Shown here: positions 26,837-40,120 of the stretch, piece after piece
Layout: every line of letters begins with the position of its first letter
Numbering within the stretch: the first letter of the stretch is position 1
Source of the DNA: Octopus sinensis
Lineage: Eukaryota
Length of the DNA: 64,000 bases
Assembly: GCF_006345805.1 (NCBI RefSeq)
Contig: NC_043017.1
Coordinates: 29,822,001-29,886,000 of the forward strand
Reading direction: 5' to 3'
Position numbers and translations under genes: made by a program
The notes under the pieces: generated by a model
The model's database searches: none
What the model was told of the DNA's origin: nothing
The model's input: only the letters and a program-made list of their open reading frames with translations

Positions 26837-28154
26837 ATATATATAATATATATATACACACACACAAATATATATATATATAACATATATATATATACAC
26901 GCACACAAAATATATATATATATAAACATATATATATACACACACAAATATATATATATATAAACATATATATATATACACACACAAATATATATATATA
27001 TAAATAATATATATATACACACACAAATATATATATATATACACATACAGTATATGTATATATATAAACATATACATATATACATTCTCTCTCTCTGTCA
27101 TATATATATATATTATATATATATATATAATATATATATATGGTAAAAGTTTTATTTTCCAATCACTTTCGGAATTGCAACAATTGGTGGCTTGGAGATT
27201 TAACTGCTCTTTCTAGCGAGTCTTATATATACATACATACATATACACACATACACATATATACATGTATACACATATATACATGCATACACAAACATAC
27301 ATACATATATACACATATATACATGCATACCATACATACATACATATAACACTATATACATGCATACACATACATACATACATATATACACATATATACA
27401 TGCATATACACATATATACATGCATACACATACATACATCATATATCACTATATATATATTATATATTATATATATATATATATATATATTTATGAATGG
27501 ATGGATGGCTACAGAAAAAGAGCATTTCAGCATTGTTTTACACGATGTGATTTATCTGGGGCGAAAAGCAATAGCTACAAACCTCACTATATGATATACC
27601 ATTTCATTATCTACTTCTGTGTATATTTTCTGTATTTTTCTCTGTACATGAATAATTGCGGGTTTTAAATTCACATAATTCAAAACAGTTGAGAATGTCT
27701 GAAGCATTCACCAAATGTTTAAAATATATAATTTCGTATTGTATAACGTGTACTCTAACCAAACAAAAATATTTTTATGATTACTTTTACCATTCACTTC
27801 AAATGTTAGTTGTTCGAAAAGATAATTGTAATAAAAGAACTTTTTTTTTATCATAAACAAAAAGTGTCTGGTTGGAAAGGGGGGAAAAAAATAACTTTTT
27901 GATTCCCGTATTATGAAAATGCCAAAACATGGCAAAGCTTGCTTGGCAGACGATACGTATTAGCATGGCGACCATTATGTACATATCTACTATGTCGGTT
28001 ATGTTCACTACAAAGAAAGGCTTGCAAATAAATTGAAAATAAATAAATGAGTAAGTAGATCTAAACAATTAAATGCGGAAACATCTAGATGCTTCGATGT
28101 CAAAAACAATAGAGACAGAAAAGTAGAAACGAGTTCAAATAGGGACTAGAGATC

Positions 28155-28218
<64 letters not shown>

Positions 28219-28292
28219 ATATATATATATATACACACACACAAATATATATATATACACACACACAAATATATATATATACACACACACAA

Positions 28293-28323
<31 letters not shown>

Positions 28324-28452
28324 AATATATATATATATATATATACACACACAAATATATATATATATATATACACACACACAATATATATAATATATAT
28401 ATAACACACACACACAAATATAATATATATATATATACACACACACACACAA

Positions 28453-28485
<33 letters not shown>

Positions 28486-28626
28486 ATATATATATATATA
28501 TACACACACACCCAAATATATATATATATAAATATATATATATATACACACACAAATATATATATATACACATACATTATATGTATATATATATAAACAT
28601 ATACATATATACATTCTCTCTCTCTG

Positions 28627-28630
<4 letters not shown>
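25551..28630. repeat. Tandem duplication, ~1.55 kb unit (25551-27100 / 27142-28630)
   Basis: Unique segments (ggtaaaagttttattttccaatc..., gaatggatggatggctacag..., ...cattctctctctctgtc) occur twice in the same order; differences are mostly small indels. Confidence 0.95.
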
Positions 28631-28665
<35 letters not shown>

Positions 28666-29441
28666 CATACATACATACACATATATATGTAAATGTGTAT
28701 ATATACACACACATATATAGATATGTGCTTGCTTATTTTCTGCAGAGTTATTTGCGGCTTCGACGCACCAAAACGAACACATTTGAAATATACCCACCAA
28801 ATATAACTGAAAGAAATTTATGTATGTCCACCAGGGAGGACGTCACGTATATAGTTGTACATACTTATCTTCTATGACCTGTTGCACTGATGATTTGCAG
28901 ACATTTACGCATGTAAATGGTAACATTGAAATCTGGTATGTAATTAGACATTATATTTTGTATCTTTTTAATTCTATCTTGCTCGCTTTACGGTCAGGAG
29001 TTTGCTGAATGTTCTTGAGAACATTATTCCTTAGTGGTCAGAGCATATTCGGTCTACATTCAGCGTATTAAATGTCCACCTAGTTGTCATTCCTCTTATA
29101 TGTATCCACTATAATTTTCTGAATCTTCAGATTTTTTTCAATATGCTATATTACTGGTTTTAAATTGATATTAATCAAATTAATATCAATGTTTACTCTT
29201 ACTATTTAAATATATATCTACATTTATATAAAATAGGAATGTGTGTGTGAGAGAGAGAGAGGGTGGAAGGAGAGACAGAGGCAGAGAATATATGTATTTA
29301 TATTAGACGTATATTTAATGAGTTTTACTTAAATTGATGAAAATATTAATTACACACTGATATTCGAATTTGCGAGAATGCCCAAGAAAAACAACCAATA
29401 ACTCATATACGACCGTATTCGTGTATTTCATATCTGTACAG

Positions 29442-29555
29442 GCTTCCGGAAAGAATCTACTTGTCTTTAGTACAGATTATCATGTACACACTGACGCCGA
29501 TGAAGCCTCTCATCATCTATGCAAATGATATGTGTGAGATACATCTTGAGATTGT
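29442..29555 (+). other. Candidate 114 nt internal exon (phase 2-2 open)
   Basis: Acceptor gtatttcatatctgtacag|, donor TGT|GTAAGT; open frame LPERIYLSLVQIIMYTLTPMKPLIIYANDMCEIHLEI; no family recognised. Confidence 0.25.
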
Positions 29556-29880
29556 GTAAGTTGAAAATATTTTATAGTATTTTCACTTGAACATATGTCT
29601 TGTTTCATTGAGTGGTGTCATAATTTATCTCACCTAATGTGACTGAAAAAATGCACTAGTAAATACCATGACAGAAAACTTATATGTAATATATATATAT
29701 ATATATATATGTATATGAATGTATGGTTTTATAGATATACATATATGGTTATATATATATATATAAATGTATGGTTTTATAGATATACATATATGGTTTT
29801 ATATAGGTACATGTATGATTATATTTATGTGTACGGTTTTATATATGTATGGTTTTATATGTATACATATATGCTCATAT

Positions 29881-29915
<35 letters not shown>

Positions 29916-30351
29916 CATATATGTATATACATATATATATATACACACATGTATGGTGATATATATGTGTGTGTGTGTGTGTGCGTGTATGCATACATCA
30001 CAGTATACATATGCAAAAACAAATATTCGGAGAGTCTGATTAACATAATTAATTGCGACATCTTACACTTGTTTTGGTGAAAAATACGATGAGATTATGG
30101 AAATCTGATCAGGAAGAATTCTCAAGTATATACATCATCAAGCATTTCCAGGGAGGCATTCAATCGACGTCATCATAGATCGAGATAAGACAAAGATGAC
30201 GAATAGGTATCATTAGAACCCTGTCGTAAAGTTTGATCCCCTGATTATGTGTGTATGAATGTGCGTGCATATATATTCGATTAATGTGCATATACGTACA
30301 TCTATACACACAAATACTCCTTCCCCATGTATATACATATATATGTATATA

Positions 30352-30398
<47 letters not shown>

Positions 30399-30526
30399 TA
30401 TATTTGAACATACATATCTGTATGTATGTATATAAGCATATGAAAAGTAGCTCATGCTACAAACAAACAGTGAAGGGCAATGAATAAATGCTAACTGCTT
30501 ACAGTATTATTATTATTTTTATCATG

Positions 30527-31030
30527 GAGTGAGGGAGTAATAATTGAAATCAAAGTGACACTGGGTGCCAATATACGAAGCCTAATATACCAATGATGGC
30601 TACCCGTGTGATATGGATACCCGAGGCACCTGCATTCCAAATATATTTGCGCGACATGGTGATCACATATCAAGATAAACACTACATGAACTTGCATTTG
30701 GGATCCAGCTAAAAAAAATATTTTGAGATTGAGCAGCTTATTCCGCTAAAAAGCCTCTGAGGATTGTTTAAGAATGTTGAACAAAACACCCATGTTTCCA
30801 AAGGTGAATTATCCAAACCCCAAAGAGTTCTTCACAAAATATGGCTGTGATGCTTCCCACTAACCCTGCTCGTGATCAGAGATGCGAATTTCGGCAGCCA
30901 CTAAGTGCCATGCTCAATGGGTGAAGTCAGGCAACTGACGTGGAAATCTGTTGTACTGAGCAGCAGAGTATTTGCACTAAGACAAAATATGGAGATGATC
31001 ATACATCCAATCAGTCAAAATCAGAAGGTA
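30527..31030 (+). mobile_element. Second copy of the (AAT)n-flanked ~550 bp repeat
   Basis: gagtgagggag...aaagtgacactggg...cccatgtttccaaaggtgaattat...cagtcaaaatcagaag, homologous to 13153-13700. Confidence 0.8.
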
Positions 31031-31037
31031 TTTCGTC

Positions 31038-31600
31038 TTATTATTATCGTTATTATTATTATCATCATCATTACAATTATTGTTATTATTATTATCATTA
31101 TTATCATCATCATTACAATTATTATTATCATTATTATCATCATTATCATCATCATTACAATTATTATTATCATTATTATCATCATTATCATCATCATTAC
31201 AATTATTATTATCATTATTATCATCATTATTATAATTATTGTTATTATTGTTATTATTATCATTATCATCATTATAATTATTATCACCATCATTATAATT
31301 ATTATTATCATCACCATCATTATAATTATTATCACCATCATTATAATTATTATTATCATCATCATCATTATAATTATTATTATTATCATCATCATCATTA
31401 TAATTATTATTATTATCATCATTATAATTATTATTATTATCATCATCATCATAATGATCATCATCATAATTATCATCATCATTATAATTATCATCATCAT
31501 TATAATTATCATCATCATAATTATCATCATTAGTAGTATTAGTAATGGTAGTAGTAGTAGTATTAGTAGTGGTAGTTGTTGTTGTAGTAGTAGTAGTGAT
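31038..31600. repeat. (ATT/ATC)n array followed by (AGT)n
   Basis: Directly visible; source of the poly-I, poly-Y/H and poly-N/D ORFs. Confidence 0.97.
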
Positions 31601-32027
31601 ATCATGTCCTGTTTTTATGCAGAAAATATTTTCAATGCACTTCCTGTCATTTAAATATGAAATGACAATTATGAACCAATAAACATGAGCGAGATTGTTG
31701 CTAAACAATTACACCAATACGAATCTGTGTTATTATTGCTTTTGTTTAGCAGGCGGTCAACAACCTTTATTCGTGGAATGTATAGACCTAAGTCATTTAT
31801 AATATACATCAATTATGATAGTAATATTTCCAATAGCGCACACTGTCTGCGAGGAAACACGTTTAGGTTTGTAAAGTAACGTTTAACAATAGACAACAGG
31901 ATGAACACCAAACGTTGTTAGTATATAATCAGAGCATACATGTGTGCATGTATATAATCTTATACATTCAGACTCACGATAGCATACATACAAATACATG
32001 CACATGTAAACACACAAATGCACACTT

Positions 32028-32062
<35 letters not shown>

Positions 32063-33211
32063 CATATATGTATGTATACACATATTTAATATTATATATG
32101 TATATATATATATGTAGGTGTATACATATGTATATTATATATATATATATATATATATATGTAGGTGTATACATAAGTAATATTATATATGTCTATATAT
32201 ATATGTAGGTGTATACATAAGTAATATTATATATATATATATATATATATGTAGGTGTATACATATGTAATATTATATATATCTTTGTTTGTAAATATAT
32301 GCGAGTGTTTATGTGTGTATATATGTGTTTGTTTTCAGACAAGTTCGATAAAATTTCAGTGAATTTCAATAAATTTCTACACATGAATACAGTGGAATTT
32401 CCAATTTTCATTAATTATACAATCTAGAATTGATACAAAATTCCCGAAGCTGAATTTTTGATGGAAGAGAATGAATCAAAACGAAGAACAGTAACAGAAT
32501 TGTCTCCTTTGAGAATTACATATAGTTTGTGCATTGTGGCGAGAGTAATAACGGTTCTCTATGGCGATTAGAACTAGAAAATATAAAGAGGATGCTAGCC
32601 TGTTGCTGTGGGGGATAAATGCATCTGATTAGCTATCTTAGCTTGCTCCTCTCGATTGAAAGGTAACACTCAACAAAAATGGAGGGCAACATGGAATGAA
32701 TTAAAATAAACATTACATTAATTAGCATTAATTAGTTTAGGCTATTATAAACAATAAATGCAAATATATGAATATTTATATATTTTCAAGTCAATGAATC
32801 ATTTTAATAATTTGTTCCTAAAGTTTCATCCTTCCCTCAACTTTATATCATTGGAGGGTATCATTAGTAATATGGCTAAAAATATGCATTTTTCATGATT
32901 ACACTGAGATAAAGAATGCTGAAGCCGTGTCAGGAACAAGGAGGGGCTTCTTCGCACAAAGTATTATAATGTTGCGGGGTTTGTATCTCTACTTGCAATG
33001 CACTAGAGATACTGCCAACGTAGACAGATTTTAAAATAGAAGTGAACTGAGCGAACACACACACACACAACTGACATCTTCGTTGATTTCGACATGAGGG
33101 CCCAAAACCCTTCATGCTTTATTATTTCTAATGTCTATGTCTCTTAGACATCAATAATTTACAAGCATGTTCGCAGATTGGAAATAAGTTTATATATATA
33201 TATATTATACA

Positions 33212-33360
33212 CGACGGGCTTCTTTCAGTTTCCATCCAACAAAAATACTCATAAGGCTTTATGTAGAAGTCACATGCCCAAGGTGTCACACAGTGCGACT
33301 GAACCCGAAACGATGTAGTTGGGAAGCAAGCGTCTTACCACACAGCCACGCTTGCGCCTT
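33212..33360 (-). mobile_element. SINE family A, 5' part
   Basis: cgacgggcttctttcagtttcc...cttaccacacagccacgcttgcgcc. Confidence 0.8.
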
Positions 33361-35516
33361 TTGCACAGCTCGCATGGAAATGTGTGTGGTGTGTGTGTGT
33401 GTGTGTGTGTGCGTGCGCATTTTGTGCGTGTGTGTGCGCGCGTATGTATATTTGTATACATTTATCTATACACACAGAAACCGAACACACACACGAATTG
33501 CTTTTTATGTCCTGAATAAAATACGCTGTAAACTCAAAGACGAGATTTGAAATAATAGCTTCAGTATTTAAGAACACTTTTTTGTTGACACCTCCAAACA
33601 CTTACAAATCCTAAAAGCCTGTGGCATTCTACTTGAGGTAAATAATATCAAGAACGATAGATTCTAGGTTATTTCAGATATTTGCTTCAGAAGTGAAATC
33701 TGGTCGGAAGGTAATGAGAAACTACTGTAAATTTATAACCCCCAACCTGAAGATAATTTTAGCTCCTGGGTAGTTAAGGGCTGTGTGTAATATGTCTGAC
33801 TGTCTGAGGCGCAGACAGAGGGTCGGGTGAAGAAGGCAATGACATGTTAAAAACAGGAAACTGTATAGTGTAAGCAAAAGATATATACGCTTTATGAAAC
33901 AGGGGATCAGAGGGGAAAAAAAAGGGAAGGCGCAGAGTAAACGACGTGTTAGTGAAAGTGCGAGAGAAAGAAAGAAATAAGAAATGGATAGAATTGCTGG
34001 AATAGTAAGGGAAAATAAAAGTAAAAAATATCTTGATTTTGCCACACATCTGCATAGCTGCAAAAAATTTTTTTTTTCTTACATTAATCCTAAATCTGAT
34101 TTTCGTAACCGACTTTGAATAAGATATATTTTATCCTAGCATCTATTTATTCTTACTGACTTTAAATATAACATATTTTAAAGATGATTTTAGTTTTTTT
34201 TTTTTGTTTTTGTTTTTTTTACTAAGTTTAAGATTCTTTTCTGATTTCTGTCTGAATATTTTCATTCATCTTCCAAAAAAAAAAACAAAGAAAATATATT
34301 AAAAAAAGGAAAGCAAAAGAAATCTATATTACTTTACTTTTGCCGAGTTCCAGTAGAACAGATTACAGTAATTCTTTGGGACATTCCACAGATTCATATT
34401 TAACTGAAATCTTTTTTTGAAAAATATAGAATGCAAAAATTTCTATTGTTGAAACTACATAAAATCCTTAGATGTCTTTTCTTTACTGGTTTGATGTACG
34501 TTAATACATGTTTTACAATATTACGAATCTACGCTTTTTTAAAAAAATCATAACACTTTCTGAGACACAATGTTTGCATGTGATTAAATACTGGACATAG
34601 ACTTAACTTGTACTGGTAATGGTACTTATTTTATACCAACTAATTCCATGTTTTGACATTATAATCCTTAAAATATGCGAAATATTTGCATTCTTTACTT
34701 ATTCTACTACGGTTGATCTTTATTTTTTGAAATCCAAGACAAAACAGTAAAATAAAGAATGCCAAACACCTAATCTGGCGTCACGCTAGTGCTTCTCATA
34801 ACTTTTCTCACAAAACTAACTTTATTTAACGTGCTACAAATAACATCTGAAAGTTATTTAAAGCATACCCAGTTGTCTTAGAAAATACCGAAAAGCTACA
34901 TAAAGTGAACTTCATTTCTATGTACCTGAAGATAAAAAATAAAATGATGGAAAAGTCAGGAATGAAACGATTTCGATCTGAGGTCATTTTAATTGCTTGC
35001 CTTCCATTGCTGTGTAACAATATTTACCTCCAGCGATACACAAAGGCAATCATAGTTCAGAGGATTTGGAAGCGGAGAGTTTTCCAGAGTGTCTTAAGTG
35101 TTTCGGTAACAAATTACACAATGTACGTTAGTACAATAAGCAATATTTACTGGTAAATATTTCATTGAGGGATGGATTTCTGAAGAAATACTGAGAAACA
35201 AATATATAATATATTTATATAATAATTCACATATGAAAAAAAAATATATTATCAACCGCATAAATCATTAATGTTATACTTTGTGTATTTGCCGAGCAAA
35301 TTCACCCACACGAGATTTCTAACGGCCCAAATCAAAGATGAGAATAATGTTTATATAATAATTAATATAAGGAAGTAATCGTTTGCTATCCGATAGCTCG
35401 TATTGAACAGATCTAGGATTAGAGGTGTTCGTACTATGGACATCTCGTAATTTTATGAATATTAGTCAGTTTGTCTTTATTGAAAATGTTAGGGTGTGAT
35501 TTATGGGAGATTTGCC

Positions 35517-35937
35517 GGATCTTTTCGGTTTGAACCGCAGTTTTTAACATGATTTCTAGGTAACTAGAAAATTTTAAACTTCGTATACTGGTAGAATGTG
35601 TTTATAAAACATCTTTTTCGCTTGGTTTTATTGAGAAAATTCTATAGTTTGTAAGATATTTGTTGTTTTTTCTCTTCAATTTCTGCAATTTCAACCAATC
35701 ACTGACGTCCATTGAGGTAAACAACATTCTGTGCCGTATGAATATGTCCCTCATTTAAGAAACAGATTGGGTTTATTTACATTTGTGAAGAAAAAAACAT
35801 ACCCTTCCCCCACCCCTAACCAACCCTAACCCTAAAATAGATTGAAATGCAATAGATCGATACTAGGGTCATAATTATGGGTTACAATTTCATATGACAC
35901 CGCTAGAAAAAAACTGCTGTTCAAACCGAAAAGATCC
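35517..35937. mobile_element. MITE with GG-terminal TIRs and 8 bp TSD (Merlin-like)
   Basis: TIR GGATCTTTTCGGTTTGAAC.../...GTTCAAACCGAAAAGATCC; TSD GATTTGCC at 35509-35516 and 35938-35945; 8-9 bp TSD with 5'-GG ends is characteristic of Merlin. Confidence 0.85.
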
Positions 35938-38453
35938 GATTTGCCTGATATGCGACCTAAGACAATTTATCCCTTAGAGGCACCAGCGTTGTCTCGTAAT
36001 GGCGATCATATAGATGTAAAGAATGAATATAAATGTAATAATCTTCACATATACTCAATGACAATCAGAAAATGATGATGATGACAATGGCATCTGTCCA
36101 TTGAAAAGAACATTTTCGCTTCTGTTGATAATAAAACTGATGATTTCGTCAATGATGACAACGGTGAATCGAAGCTAAAAGAAAATCACCATGTCAGCAT
36201 TATAAACATTGTAATAGAGTTGTTAAAGCGCGACAGTAATAAGGATAATAAAACCAATCTGGTGTAGACGCAATGGTCGTCGTATACGTTAACGCAATGT
36301 GAAGTTTGTAAAAAGAAATGTCAGATGGTAACAATGTTTACTTCAATCTACAGCTTCGCATAGAGAAATATTGACTTTATCAAGAAAACAATTTATTTCT
36401 GATCTTCTGTTTAACCTTCACAAACGGTTGTATACGATTTAACCTACACAAATTTCTGTGTGTAAGGTTAAGCAATGTAAATATTTAACTGGGAATTTCC
36501 GTCCGATCATTGATTAGTAACATACTAAAATTCTTAGCGACTGTATTAAGTTTTAAACTCTAATTCTGGCCGATTTATTGCCTAACTTCATTGAATGAAG
36601 TCAGAACATACATGAATTCATATATATATCATGAATATCGTTAACAGAACCATGGTTAGTTGAATGAACCGACTACAAGGTGGAATATATTTATGTATAA
36701 TGCATTCTAGCATGTGTGGTTTCTATGTACATAGAGATTCAAAAGTAAACGGAAACCAAAGCTAGGAGTTGTACAACACTGACATGGTATTACATAATAT
36801 AACATTGTTAGTGCGTACATTCCCCATTTGAAAATATGAGTTACAACATAAGGAAAGGCAGAATGTTCTCCATAACAAAGCAGAAATCAAATCATGTACT
36901 CTCACACACATTCACCTATCCACAATCATAGGAACACACACACACACACACACACACACGTTCGTATAAAATGAGTTTCGGAAGAGAGTCAACTGGTGAA
37001 ATTCTATGTATTAGCAACTTCAGATTGGAGAATAAGAGAGATTCACACAAGATGCTGCTACGACGAATCGACCACGAAACCATTTGGTTTATAACCGCAC
37101 GTTCTATCCTTTCAGATATAATCAGCGCGGAGAAACCAATTAGTTTGCATTTAAAAATTCTTATTTCTCTCCAGCGCTATCTCTTTCGTTATATTTATAT
37201 ATATACATACAAACACACACACACACATATATATATATATAATGTTATCAACAATATTCATAATAAGGATTACTATGAAATGGCCTAGCATTAGCTTTAA
37301 TTCGTTTTATATATACAGCTTTCCATAGAGCTACATTGAGAGCAATCCGGTAAACGTTTGGAGTAATCCCTAACTATTTACAAATATATATATATACGCA
37401 TATATATACGCATATATATATGCATATACATTTGCATAGACATAGATGTGTATATATATACATATATATAAAGAGATAGAGACACACACAGAGAGATTAA
37501 TATCAATTTTTAGAAAGGGAAGCGATAATTGCTTATTTTTTCATCATGGCTCATTAACATTTAATTAAAGGGATTAGCATGTTTCACTCGAGAATCTAAA
37601 ATCTCGATACTTTAGCTATTAATTTTCATTGAATATATATATATATATAGATGAGCGATGTAACTGAGCATCGGGGGCGGTTTTTCACTTTTGCCTCTTT
37701 GTTTTTTTTTCTTATCAATTATATAACATTACGTATAGTTTTTTTTCTTTACTTAATGCATTACAATAACATGTTGCATGATAAGCACTTTGCTTAAAAT
37801 TTCTCCATTGCTAAGGGGGAAAGTGCTTCCTTGCAAAAGATAACAATAATAATAACAATAATAAAAATAAGTCGAAGAATGACGAAGATGATAATAATAA
37901 TAAATAATGCGCAATAACGTGTAGCTATTACTAACTACACCGATGAGAAAAGGGTTTAACTGTTTGAAGTATAGTCGAGGTTTAGGCTTAGCAAAACGTA
38001 AAACGAGATGATGAGCACGAATGAAACAAGTATTATGTTCTCTTCAAACTGACAAAGTTAGGATTTACAGCAGATGTCTGCCAAGAAACTTGGTATAAGC
38101 TGAAAATGATAGCTGAGACACGGCGTCTGGTGTGGTCCCCCTCAGTAAAAGCCAATTTGAAAATATAACAGATGTAGCAACACTAGAATAAGAAAACATT
38201 AGGGGGAAGCAACGAAGATATTGAACAATGCATACATATGTATGTATGATTGTATGCATGCATGTATGTATATATATATGAAGGGGAAGAGAGTGAAAGA
38301 AAGAGAGAGATACGAGCGTATGTAATTTCAATAGCAGATATAATGGGGAGTTAAAAATTGTTTGAACAGAGAAAAGCAGGAAGCCATTTGACTTAACATG
38401 AAATTACCAACAGACATACCTATGTTTACATGTATTTATATATACAAATGAGA

Positions 38454-38512
<59 letters not shown>

Positions 38513-38966
38513 AGTGTTTATGATACCCTTGTATGATATTCAGATGTAAAGAGAAAAAAAATGAAATACTTGTGAACATCAGTAAAAAAAAAATATGGAA
38601 ATATTTATTAAACTACAGCGGCACTTGAGAACATAAGAAGGGGCAAAAAATTAAGAGTGTATCTTAGGGGGCGTGTGAATAAAGTGTGGATGGTATTTGA
38701 ATAAAGGGTTGGGTAACACGAAGAATAAATAGCAAGAAGGTCGGGATGGGTTTGAATGGATTTGAAGACTGGAGTTGGAAGTAAGATAGGTAAAAATTAA
38801 AAGTTAGAATTCACTGAGAAATACAAATCATAAATATAAATCGAAGTTTCATGATTTACGAGGACCACCCCGCCTAAAGAAAAAAAAGAAAAAGAAATCA
38901 ACAAAGCCCCAAAACTTTTGCTTGTGTGTGTATATCACACACTATACATATATATATATACATATA

Positions 38967-39117
38967 CTTAATAATTAGGGTTCAGCAAATATTTGCTTCA
39001 CTACATACCGAAGTTTAGAAATAGCAGCCAAAAAACGAATGCCTAACGTTTTTTGGCTGCTATTTCTAAACTTCGGTATGTGGTAAAGCAAATCTTTGCT
39101 GAACCCTAATTATTAAG
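38967..39117. mobile_element. Fold-back MITE flanked by TA (Tc1/mariner-like)
   Basis: 74 bp arms (38964-39037 / 39047-39120) with 3 mismatches and a 9 nt loop; TA on both sides. Confidence 0.7.
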
Positions 39118-39271
39118 TATTGCTTATGTTTACCATGAAATGGTCCTTTTTTTCATGCCGAATTCTACTTGGTGAAATTATTGGTTACTTCTTAATTAAT
39201 AAATTTTACCCTTTATTATTATTATATATATACATATTTATATATATAGATGAATACACACACACACACAC

Positions 39272-39303
<32 letters not shown>

Positions 39304-39980
39304 ACATACGCTTAAATACACAGGTATGAAAGTTACCTATTATATATGTGTGAAGTATGTATAAAAGTAGTTATGTGTATATAAACCCCAGACGAGAGCA
39401 TCGAAGATTTTGAGTTGTATTGTTAGATTTGTCAAGTAGAATATGGTATAGTTATAAAATTAATTTTTGTTCTCTTAAAGCAATTTGGCCATTTAATTGA
39501 TTGCTTATTGTGGCTCTGATCTACATCGTGGTCAAGCGTACCACTTTACTATTAGTAATAAACATTATGCTCGTAGGCATTTTTGCCAGACTAAGTAACA
39601 CAGCCTGGCCGACTCGAATACGTGATACTAGCAATACTACCAAATAGATGTTATTAATGAGACTATTCGGAACCCGTGAAAAAAGTTTTACTTCGATAAT
39701 TACTCACTACCCAACCGTGACGATTTAATAGACTAATTAGTTTGAACCCTTCATATATCGAACGCGCAGCAGCGTTACGCTACTGCTTCAGTTCTGAAAT
39801 ATTTAAATTTGGGAACTTAAATCTATTCCACTGTTTTAGTTGAAACAATTTAATTTTGGTATTTGATACGTTTTCTTTTTTCCAACTAATTGCAGAAAGT
39901 CTTCTTTCTGGAAGCTAGTGGGGAGGTAGAATATAAATCATTGAAATTATTAAAATATAAATTTTTATAAAAGAAAATTA

Positions 39981-40120
39981 TAAGGTTGTCCCAAAAGTTC
40001 ATAGAAAGTCTTGGAAAATAATGGTCTTTATTTTGAGGAGTAATTTTTGTTGTTTTTGTTAGTACTTGGCGAGTAAAAATTCAATTTTCAAAGTGTTTAC
40101 AAACTTTTGGGACAACCTAA
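39981..40120. mobile_element. Short mariner-like MITE remnant
   Basis: Inverted termini AGGTTGTCCCAAAAGTT / AACTTTTGGGACAACCT, resembling mariner TIRs. Confidence 0.65.

Noticed and set aside
30905-31708. 249-aa poly-Ile and overlapping poly-Tyr/His and poly-Asn/Asp ORFs
   Set aside because: Products of the ATT/ATC trinucleotide array attached to a repeat element.
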